Part shown: piece after piece, positions 12,692-24,600 of the stretch
Layout of the letters: every line of letters begins with the position of its first letter
Position numbering within the stretch: position 1 is the stretch's first letter
NCBI GenBank assembly: GCA_002269645.1
Contig: NIVC01000733.1
Location: 132,766 to 196,765, forward strand
Direction of reading: 5' to 3'
Source of the DNA: Macrostomum lignano
Lineage: Eukaryota
DNA: 64,000 nt
Translations under genes and position numbers: made by a program
Notes under the pieces: generated by a model
What the model saw: only the letters and a program-made list of their open reading frames with translations
Told to the model about the DNA's origin: nothing
Databases searched by the model: none

Positions 12692-15600
12692 ATGGACAGC
12701 AGTTCAGTACAGACATTAGGCGCTGGTGCAGCAGCCGTGCTGGTTGGCACTCTGTTTTATCGTTGGCTGTCATATCCCAGCAGACAGTTCGGCCCGACGC
12801 CTCTGCTAAGTGTGCTTGAGGATCGGCAACAGTCCAGGGTGCTTTCGGTAAGGTGTTCCGCAATTTTCTGTGTTTGTTCTTCTCAGTTACGAGTACATTT
12901 ACGAGCTATAAGCGTTTTATTTTAATTATTGATTTTAGGATGCTGTCAGTGTTTTGGGCACGCAGTGACGGGCACACATTCCGTTACAATCGGAGTTAAG
13001 CAGTTTTAAAAAAAGTTTTTTTAGCCTATCTTGTTGATAAATAAGCGTTTGTGATGCTTTGGGAATCTGATCCCTTGGGGTTGGGAGTGTAATATCTTTG
13101 GAATGCAAAGTCTTGGAATGTAATGTCTTTAAGAATGCAATATCTCGAAATGTGACGCTTTTGGAATATGGATAATGTCTACGAATATATTGTCTTAAGA
13201 ATGTGATCTCTTGTGAGTGTGACTTCGTATATAGGAATGTAATGTCTAAAGCATGACAACACAAACATTGCATCATATCTGAACCTTGTGACGGTTTTAC
13301 GACCTGGGTGTTTTGTGCGAGTTTGAAGTTTTTTTAAGATTGGGAATGTTTATGTAATGTTTTGGATGCGATATCTTAAAAATGTTGTGCTAATTATTGT
13401 TTGGGCAAATTTTCGTGATTATTTGGCACATAGCTTTCATGGTTTTCACAGAAGACACAATTATGTTGATGTGGTTCATGGAACGGAATTAAAAAAATTG
13501 AATTAACTACATGGAGCTTCTGTCTGACCTCAGCCTTGACATTTCAGCAATCCCCCCGTAAGCCTTGATATCTCAGCAATCCCCCCGTAAGCCTTGATAT
13601 CTCAGCAATCCCCTCGTAGTCGTAAGCCTTGATATCTCAGCAATCCCCTCGTAGTCGTAAGCCTTGATATCTCAGCAATCCCCTCGTAAGCCTTGATATC
13701 TCAGCAATCCCCTCGTAAGCCTTGATATCTCAGCAATTCCCCCGTAAGCCTTGACATCTCAGCAATCCCCCCGTAAGCCTTGACATCTCAGCAATTCCCC
13801 CGTAAGCCTTGACATCTCAGCAATTCCCCCGTAAGCCTTGACATCTCAGCAATCCCCCCGTAAGCCTTGACATCTCAGCAATCCCCCCGTAAGCCTTGAC
13901 ATCTCAGCAATCCCCCCGTAAGCCTTGACATCTCAGCAATCCCCCGTAAGCCTTGACATCTCAGCAACCCCCCGTAAGCCTTGACATCTCAGCAATCCCC
14001 CCCGTAAGCCTTGACATCTCAGTAATCCCCCCGTAAGCCTTGACATCTCAGCAATTCCCCCGTAAGCCTTGACATCTCAGCAATTCCCCCGTAAGCCTTG
14101 ACATCTCAGCAATCCCCCCGTAAGCCTTGACATCTCAGCAACCCCCCGTAAGCCTTGATATCTCAGCAACCCCGTATTCTCAGTTGCAAAATTTCGGTTA
14201 GAAGCACAGACCAAGAAGTATCTTATTTCAGACTGCCCCGCCCCGTCACAGAATGCATGCCTTGAACAAAACAGTAGCTATCTTTTGCAATGTTCGTAAA
14301 ACTTAGAAGCACTCAGACAAGTTTTGCTGGGCGTGGGCATGGGCACTTCTTTCTATTTTACGAGTACTTTCCTACGTTTAGCCATCAGCGCTCGTTGTTT
14401 TCAGTGCTGGGAAATTTTTTTTCCAAGTGAATTTTTGCATCATATCTCTACAATCGTTTTACTTCTTTCTTTAGCTTCCGAAAAAAATGCGCTTCGTTTT
14501 TAAAAGCTTTTAGAAAAGTAGTCGTAGACAAGAAAAAAGAGAGAAGAGAAGCCGTATTTTCTTACTCTCAGGTCAGGACTCGGGACCAAGCTACCAGGCC
14601 GGACTCGCTTCCATTAAACAATTTAGCAGCCACTGGTTTCGAGTCTACGGCATTCGTTTAATTTTTTGGCTGTGTTGAGGCCACGGCGCAGTGGTTTGGG
14701 TGAGGTCTGAGGGTGCAGAGCTTGGGGTTGGGGTTGTGCGTGCCCTGTGGGGGGGGGTTGCGTGCGCTGCGGGGGGTGGGGCGCTGCGGGGCGCGGCAGA
14801 GTCTAAAACTAAAACCAGAGAACTAAATAGAGGCTGACGTAGACAAATAAATTCTGGTAAGGGCCAGATTTGGAAAGACTCGGGTGTACATCCACGCTTT
14901 GCTAGAGTGTACATTGGCTTTATTTATGTGGGATAGAGGGAGAGAAATGTGAATGAACCACAGACCAAGAAATATAACTAGACTGCGCATGAGGGTAAAA
15001 AAAGTTGTGCCTTTTTCCTAGTAGGAAAAGTGGCACCCCAGTGCCCACTCCCCCACGATCGATAATTGTGCCCGGGCCTTTCTTACCCTCAGCCAACTCA
15101 GCTTGTCGGGGTCTCTTTTTTCTTTATGTTCGTAACTAGTGAAAATTCAGACTCAGTAAGAAATAGGATTAACAAATCAACAACTACAGATTCATTTTTA
15201 ATTTATCTAGAATTTTTTGCACGCATTTAATGGCAAATATATAGTTTATCACGGGAATAAGCTTAAACAGAATGCATTGAAGCCATAACTTACCAGCCTC
15301 CATATGCGAATACGCTGATTACAAATTAAGAAAAATCGCTGTTCGAAGCAGCCTTTGCCTCTTGCCGGGTTTTCTTCCAGCGCGTGAAAGATCCTTAGCC
15401 AGCTTCTTCATTCGAATATTTATAAAAAGCATAGCCATTACTCGAATCAAATGCAGCTTGTGAGACTCAATGCTGATACTCGCGGATGCCGAATGAGAGT
15501 CCAGTTCAGGGAACAGATTGATTGACATGCGCAGAATCTCCTGAACAGCTACATCACTAGAGAATCCGCTGCTGTAGCTGGCACGCCGAACAACAGTCTC

Positions 15601-18600
15601 TGCATTGAGCAGCACCCGCAGGACATTGCTGCTAGGAAAAATCAGGCCGCCAGTTCCTTCCTTGTTCAAAACATTTTTTATGGCAACGAGTGAGCATGGT
15701 CCGCGTGAAGCTCCTGGCGTCTCAGAGCTTGCGATCAGAGCTGACCTGCACGGAGCACATTCAACTGCTTTCATCATTCTTCGGACGACCGCGCCTGCGA
15801 TATAGCACACGATGGACTGGCAAATTTCACACACCGATGCATTCTTGCAGTGTTGGATTGAACCCAGACTCAGTCCCATTTCATTTTGAGCTTTCATCTG
15901 CTTCCATGGCTGCTGTCCTGATGATGATGGCAGACAAGACAATGATAACTGAATAGTGGCATCCTGCTGCCTCACATTCGGACTCACGGACTGTAGAATT
16001 CCACCTCCGGCATGCACCAACAGCTGCCTGAATGCTGAGCGAAATTGCGTGGGCGTTGGGTTATGGTTCCAGCCATTTCGTAGCCTTACTGCATTAAAAA
16101 ACAGTTCGAGAAAATCCTGCGAAAGCTTGTAAGTGCAAAGAAAGAAGAATTCGCCAGTCGAAAATAAATACTTAGCGAGCTCCATAATGCCATGGCAGTT
16201 GGTGATGAAGCCTAGGAAGCCAGTCTTCTTTGCGGTTTCTACTATCTTACAGCCAGCCGGAGTTTCAAGGCTACGGAGAAGTTCGATCGAGCTAGAGAAG
16301 AAATCGATCCAATCCGACTGATTGTCAGCTCTAAGCGCCATTTTGGCGCCATAACTGACCAGCCGCTTGGAATTGAAAGCGTCGAACAAATCATTCATGT
16401 GCTCAACGAAATCTGCGGTGACTAGCACATCAGAGTGCTCAAATCCGATCACACCTTGCTGATGCACCCATCGCAAAGAGTCGGCCACTGACTTGCTAAA
16501 CAGTTGTGATGCCAAATAGACCTTCATCTTTAAATTAGCAAAGTTGATGTGATGCCTGCTTAACTTGTTTCCAAGTCGGAGTCCATGACTTTCTTGTACT
16601 TGCTGCAACATGGAAACATATTTCCATTCAATATTTCCTCTGTTCGGCCAAACAAATCTTCCCAGTGACTGCCACTGATTGCGAATCAGCTTTAACATGT
16701 GAGGCACATCCAGGAAGGCTGCAACCTGAATGCTAGGATCGCAGGGGTGCGGGAAGCAGGCGACGACCTCGTTCGGAGAACTTATCCTGGAGCCAAGGAG
16801 TTCGATCGCTCGAATGTTGTGCTGAGTTCCATCGCATGTGAATGATGTTGCTATGACGCCAACCTGGTACAGTCGCTGAATGGATTCCTCTACAACGCTC
16901 GAAAGAAATTCGCCGTCAACTCCATTCACTAGAAAATACCCTAAAGGCAGCTTCCAATAGCTCTTAAGCCCCACTGCCATCACTACCAGTGCCGAAGACG
17001 CCTCCTGATCACTTGGTTTGCCATCGCCTTTGTCAACGTAGCCAAAAAACATACCTTCGCTTGAATTCCATTCAATCATCGACTCTAGCGACATTTCATC
17101 AGCAACAACGTTGCAGTAGTCAAAGGCTTGGCCGTCAGTGGAGCTGCGTCGCCGCGAAAGTTCCTGGAAAGCCTGATCGCAAAACCCTGGAAAGCACTTT
17201 GCATTTGAGAGCCATTTTCTAAGTGACGCAGGATGTGGAAGCTGAAAGTACTTTCGTACATACTCATAAGCCTTCGGACTATAGAAATGCAATGTAGAGG
17301 CGAATTTGCGCACTTCGTCAGAGAACCTCTTTGTCCTTTTTCTATTGCAAGGCACGATGCTGCTCAGCAGTGAATCGGAGGTCAAGAAATTCAATCGAGA
17401 TGCCGCTGCTTCGTTTAACATGCACTTGGCCTTTAGATCCAGAATTGCGTCCTTCAATGTTTTGGCTCTATGTTTAATTTGCCTGTGCTTTGAGCGCAGA
17501 GATCGAATTTTTCTGTACTTGCTCTGTACCGTCCGACGCAGGATTTCAATGGCCTTAGCACTTTTCTTAGATCTCTTATGAGCAGCCAAAAGCCTTTTGT
17601 ATCTGCGCCTCAGGTTTTTTAGGACTCTCACCTTTTCTTCGAATAGTTCTCTGGCCACACAGTTGGCATGCAGTTCTTGTAGGGGTTGTTCTGGTTCATC
17701 TGCCTCCGTGTCAGTTGGCTGAGCCTTCGTCTTGCTACATTCCGGCGCTTTCAAAAATGCAGCAAAGTCAACTTCCTGAGCAGCGGCGGCGGCGGCGGTG
17801 GCTGTTTTTCGCTTCTTTTCAACAGGCTGCAGGCGGTCAGGGAGCGTCGGGAAGATAGAAGGAACAGCATTTGGATACAGCCGCCTTCTTGTGGTGGGCA
17901 GAAAGCCGGCTAGTTGTTCCTTGAAGCAAGACTCTGCAAAGTGGACCGAGCAGACTTGGGTGGTCGCCGATGGTTTGAACTCCTTGCGTCGGAGCGCAAC
18001 CAGCCACTTTCTCTTCATTTCAGTGTCTTTTGGAAAAAAATGGAAGGACACTGCCGGAGACATTGACGAGTTGTTCGAGCAGCCTAGAGCGCAGCAAAAG
18101 CTGCCGTGACTTTTTCTGCTAGGCAGTTTTGAAGAATTAGATTCTTCCATGGCAGTTCGATTTAGTGAGGATTGATTTAGATTAGACTGAAGCAGCTTGC
18201 TTTGTATTTCAAGTATGTGTTTTATAAGTTTATATTTTTGGCCCCAGACCACTTTAATATATAGCTACATATCAACGCAGGCGGAAAGAAAAGCAGGCCT
18301 GTACCCTAACTTCTTGCCCAAGCACAATTATCGATCGTTTTCGAGTAGGGAGAGAGGGACCATTTTTTCCACTGTCATTTGGTCAAAAACAAGCCCAAGC
18401 AAGAAATGCGGGATGCGCAGTCTAGTTATATTTCTTGGTCTGTGGAATGAACAGTGTTGTAAAACGATGAATAGCAGCAGCCCTTATTCTACGAACTTGC
18501 TTAACATTTTCAACCCCCTTCTCTCTAGAGGCTCGCCCTCTATATTAATTGTTCAGAAATTTAACAACAGCTTTAATTTTTTAAAACCAAACCAACAAAA

Positions 18601-21600
18601 GATTCTTCCACTAAAGTCTATACTAATATACTGATAAATGGGTAATCAAAGTTCAACAGGACAATATTCTCCCAGCGGAGATGGTAATAACAATAAGTCT
18701 GGAACAATGCGCCGATCCAAGTCTGGCACATCGGTATTTCCACGTTACGAAACTCAATCTACTCTCTTACCTGTAAGTACTTTAGTATAATATATAATAT
18801 GCCTTTAATCTAAATGTGAATGGAAGCTCTAGTTAATAATTATTAATACTCGTAGGTCAGTCATGTATACAAAACTGAACTGAAAGAGACCATTTATTCT
18901 CGCGAGTCTTGATTCTTATCTCTGCGCTTTAGTTTGAAGTTCGAATTCGAAACGGCCGAACTAAATATGATTAGACCTTATGCGCACATATATATATATA
19001 CTATAGGCATAAGTGACGTGCGTGCCTCTAATTTTAGTATGAGCTACAACTACAACTAGCTAAAGGTCAAAAGTTACGTTAAAAGTCTTGAAATATTGCC
19101 AAGTCACGACTGAGGGACCAGCAGATTAGTCATTAAAAAATCCAAATGAACAAAACACGCATTCTGGTTCTGGCACTGGCACTAGCCATCTATCGTAAAT
19201 ATCTACTGTTATGCTAAAAATAGACCTTATAGCTTAACTAACTTTTATTTATAACAAATGCAAATTTTCTAACGCGAAACCAGAACTCGTACTAATTTAA
19301 GCAACAGCCTAAGAGTGACTTAGCAATAGCGCCATCATGTGACTTTTCTAATGCATTCCAGCACACTACAGCAGGTTTTTATTGTAGCACGATGTTTTTA
19401 TTTATAACAGCTTGGGTTTTGGGCAAAATGGGTTTTGAAAAGCATGATATACAAATTTGTTGATGTCATGATATTCTGCAAGGAGTGAGACTCTGAGGTG
19501 TAAGATTCTAGAGCCTCTTAGGGGTGAGATTCTAGAGCCTCTTAGGGGTGAGATTCTAGAGCCTCTTAGGGATGAGATTCTAGCGCCTCTTAGGGGTGAG
19601 ATTCTAGGGCCACTTGTCTTAGCGGTGAGATTCTAGAGCCGCTTGTCTTAGTGGTGAGATTCTAGAGCCGCTTGTCTCTGAGGGATGAGATTCTAGTGCC
19701 GCTTGTCTTTCTGAGGGGTGAGATTCTAGTGCCGCTTGTCTCTTTTAGGGGTGAGATTCTAGAGCCGCTCGTCTCTCTGAGAGTCTGAGGGGTGAGATTC
19801 TAGTGCCGCTTGTCTCTTTTAGGGGTGAGATTCTAGAGCCGCTTGTCTCTTTTAGGGGTGAGATTCTAGAGCCGCTCGTCTCTCTGAGGGGTGAGATTCT
19901 AGGCGCGCATTTTTCTAGGCTGGTGAGAATCTATAGATTCTTTTTTTCATGCCCAAACTATAAAATCCGCTTTTTACTACTCACAAGCTACTCACACTCA
20001 CCCACCTGTTCAGGACGGCTCTCGATGCTGGCCATTCTCGGACTCGACCGAGATTATCGAGTACTGCTACGAAGAGGCCAAAACTTTGCACGACGGGTTC
20101 CTTCGCGGCATCCGCCAGTCGAACAATGGACCCTGCTTGGGTACTCGGGTTGGCGAAGGCCCATACGAGTGGCTGACCTACCAGCAGGTGTATGATCAGG
20201 CCAGGGAGCTGGGCAGCGCGCTAACAGGTCGCCTGGGCTTGTCTCGCGGCGAATTCGTTGGCGTCTATTCGCAAAACCGAGCTGAATGGGTGCTGACTGA
20301 AGTGGCTTGCAATCAGTTCTCACTGGTGCTGGTGCCGCTATATGACACCCTGGGCACTGAGGCGTGCAGTCACATCCTCAGCCAGACCAGCTCGAGTGTT
20401 GTTGTTGTCGACTCAGAAACCAAGGCTAGGAATCTGTTGCAGTGCAAAGCTGAGGCGCCGTCGTTTCGACATGTGGTGCTAATGGGGATTGATTCCCCTA
20501 AACCGGAGCTGGTCAAAGAGGCTCAGGAGGCTGGGGTGGAGCTGCACGCTTGGTCTGAGCTTGTGAGCTGGGGTAGAGAGAATCTCGCCGAGGTGAACCC
20601 GCCTGCGCCTGACGATTTGGCTACTCTGTGCTACACTAGCGGCACTACTGGTGAGCTTGTCTACCGATATGTATCGCTTAATTCATGTGTTCGTGTATTA
20701 ATCATGCGTTTACTAACTGTTTATCACTCAAATTTGAAACTCTCACAAACTCGAAAGTTCACTCAAACTCGAAGCTTCACTCAAACTTGAAGCTTTAATC
20801 AAACTCGAAGCTTCACTCAAACTCGAAGCTTCATTCAAACTCAAACTCGGAGCTTCACTCAAACTCGAAGCTTCACTCAAACTCAAACTCTGAGCTTCAC
20901 TCAAACTGGAAGCTTTACTCAAACTGGAAGCTTTACTCAAACTCTAAGCTTTACTCAAACTCGAAGCTTCACTCAAACTCGAAGCTTTACTCAAACTCGA
21001 AGCTTCATTCAAACTCAAACTCGGAGCTTCACTCAAACTCGAAGCTTCACTCAAACTCAAACTCTGAGCTTCACTCAAACTGGAAGCTTTACTCAAACTG
21101 GAAGCTTTACTCAAACTCTAAGCTTTACTCAAACTCGAAGCTTCACTCAAACTCGAAGCTTTACTCAAACTCGAAGCTTCACTCAAACTCGAAGCTTTAC
21201 TCAAACTCGAAAGTTCACTCAAACTCGAAGCTTCACTCAAACTCGAAGCTTTCACAAACTCGAAGCTTCATTCAAACTCGGAGCTTCACTCAAACTCGAA
21301 GCTCTCAAACTCGAATGCTCTCTCAAGTTTGTATGGCGCTTCTTTCACTTATTTATTTATATCTTGAAATTTTTGTTAATGGCCTTAATGTAATGGATTA
21401 ATTATGACTTTAATTGTGTTCCCCAGGTGTACCCAAGGGTGTGCAGCTCACGCACAAGAATATAATGAGCAACATGGCTGGCGTGTACAGTGTGCTGTTG
21501 TTAGACCAGAAGAGCAACGCTAATCAGGTGAGGCCTGCTTGCTTTTTACCTGTGATGAGTTTTAGCCATCAAAACTAATATGGATAATTTGTGAACATAT

Positions 21601-24600
21601 AGTAGTTTTAGTGTCTGTAGCAGTGATATTTTAATATATTTGTATCGTGTTCTCACTACTTGGGTTGGGATACTGATGGAGTCTTATCTCTAGGGGTGAG
21701 ATTCTAATCGAGTCTTATCTCTAGAGGTGAGATACTAATGAAGTCTTATCTCTAGGGGTGAGATTCTAATGGAGTCTTATCTCTAGGGGTGAGATTCTAA
21801 TCGAGTCTTATCTCTAGGGGTGAGATACTGATGGAGTCTTATCTCTAGGGGTGAGATACTGATGGAGTCTTATCTCTAGGGGTGAGATACTGATGGAGTC
21901 TAATCTCTAGGGGTGAGATTCTAATGGAGTCTTATCTCTAGGGGTGAGATACTGATGGAGTCTAATCTCTAGGGGTGAGATTCTAATGGAGTCTTATCTC
22001 TAGGGGTGAGATTCTAATCTAGTCTTCCTCTATACGGAGGAGATTCTAATCTAGTCTAGTTTATCCAAGAGTGAGAGTCTACAGTGGTCATTTGCGATAA
22101 GATTTCATATTTAAATTTCATAACACGCCTACTTATTACGGCTTCATCTACTACAAGATAATTATCGTATTAAAATAGTTGCAACCCCTCACTACTAACT
22201 GCAGCAGGTCCTGCCGCCTATGACGCCGGAAGACACCTACCTGTCCTACCTGCCCCTGGCGCACATGTTCGAGCGTTGCGCAATCACCATGTGCTTCCTG
22301 AACGGCATGCGTGTCGGATTCTTCCGCGGCGATGTTCGCCAGCTGATGGAGGACATGCAGGCTCTGCGGCCAACCCTGTTCTGCACCGTGCCGCGGCTGC
22401 TCAACCGCATGTACGACCGGGTGCTCGCTGGCGTCTCCGGCAGCGTCATCAAGTCCAAGCTGCTGCAGATGGCTGTTGATAGGAAGACTCGAATGCTCGA
22501 ACGTGGAATCATACGACGGGACACGATGTGGGATAAATTGGTGTTCTCTAAGGTGCACCAGCTGACTGGAGGCCGGGTCCGAGTGGTGATTACAGGTGAG
22601 AGCGGAATTGGTGCTTGATTGATCTGATATCGATTTTTATTAGCCCGATATCGATTTTTTCACCGATATCGATTTTTATTTCACCTGTATCGATTTTTCC
22701 TAACTGGATATCGATTTTAATTAGCCCGATATCTATTTTTAATAACTGGATATCGATTTTAACTAACCCGATATCGATTCTTTATACCTTAGTATCGATT
22801 TTTAAAAAAACTTGATGTGGATTTCTATTAAACCTTTCTGTATTTTGATTGGTCCAACATCGATTTGAATAAATCCGATACTAATGTTATCTTGTCCAAT
22901 ATCAATATTAACTAATCCTATCGTTAATCCCAATAATCCCCGTTCAGGCTCGGCCCCCATCGGCGCCAAGGTGATGCAGTTCATCCGCGCCGCTTTCGGC
23001 TGCCCAGTATTCGAAGGCTACGGCCAGACTGAGGCCACTGCCGCCGTCACGGTCACCCTGCCCGGCGAGACCAGCCTGGGCCACGTGGGCACCCCGGTTC
23101 CCTGCAACCACGTCAAGCTGGTCGACGTGCCCGAGATGGGCCTGAAAGCCAGCGACGGTCGTGGCGAAGTTTGCGTCCGCGGAGCCAACGTGTCCAGCGG
23201 CTACTTCCGGATGGACGACAAAACTGCCGAGGTGCTGGAGCCGGACAACTGGCTGCACACGGGCGACATTGGCGAGTGGACGGAGAACGGCTGCTTGAAA
23301 ATTGTGGACCGTAGGAAGCATTTGTTTAAACTGGCTCAGGGCGAATACGTGGCACCTGAGAAGATTGAGCAACTCCTAAGCCGGTCTCAGTATGTGGCGC
23401 AGATCTTTGTTGATGGCGACTCACTTGAGGTGATTAGATTCAACTTGAAAAGTTTATAACGATCTAAACTACAAGTTTTGCTCCTACATTATTAGTACAC
23501 ACGTACTTTAAAATCGTAAAGTACAAGTATACTCCTACATAATTAGTACACACGAACTTTAGAATCGTAAAGTACAAGTGTAGTCCTACATAATTAGTAC
23601 ACACGTACTTTAGAATTGTATAATACAAGGGTACTCGTACATTATTAGTACACATGAACTTAAACTCTTAAAGTACAAGTGTACTCGTACATTGTTAGTA
23701 CACACGAACTTTAGAATTGTATAATACAAGGGTACTCGTACATTATTAGCACACATGAACTTAAACTCTTAAAGTACAAGTATACTCCTACATAATTAGT
23801 ACACACGAACTTTAGAATCGTAAAGTACAAGTGTAGTCCTACATAATTAGTACACACGTACTTTAAAATCGTAAAGTACAAGTGTACTCCTACATTATTA
23901 GTACACACGAACTTTAGAATCTTGAAGTACAAGTGTACTCCTACATAATTAGTACACACGAACTTTAGAATTGTATAATACAAGGGTACTCGTACATTAT
24001 TAGTACACATGAACTTAAACTCTTAAAGTACAAGTGTACTCGTACATTGTTAGTACACACGAACTTTAGAATTGTATAATACAAGGGTACTCGTACATTA
24101 TTAGCACACATGAACTTAAACTCTTAAAGTACAAGTGTACTCGTACATTATTAGTACACACGAACTTTAGAATTGTATAATACAAGTGTACTCGTATATT
24201 ATTAGTACACATGAACTTAAACTCTTAAAGTACAAGTGTACTCGTACATTATTAGCACACACGAACTTCAAAATCGTAAAGTAAAAGTTTTCTCGTACGT
24301 TATAAGTACACGCGAACTTTAAAATCGTGCTACTCGTAGGTTATTAGGATATGCGCACTAATAGTGCAAGTGCACTTTATGAAAAGCGTCAAGTACAAGC
24401 GCACTAATGCATATTGCAGATCTACGTCTTGGGCATAGTGGTCCCTGACCCGGACGTGGTCCTGCCCTGGGCTAAGTCACACGGCTTGCCTCAGGACCTC
24501 GAGGCCCTGTGCAAGGACCCTAACGGGCCGCTGAAACGAGCGATCCTGGAAGACCTGAACCGGATCGGCCGCGAGAACGGGCTTAAAGGCTTCGAACTGT

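Noticed and set aside
18197-18634. 145-aa plus-strand ORF spanning the right P-element end
   Set aside because: It starts at a non-ATG codon, crosses the TIR/TSD boundary and has no coding features.
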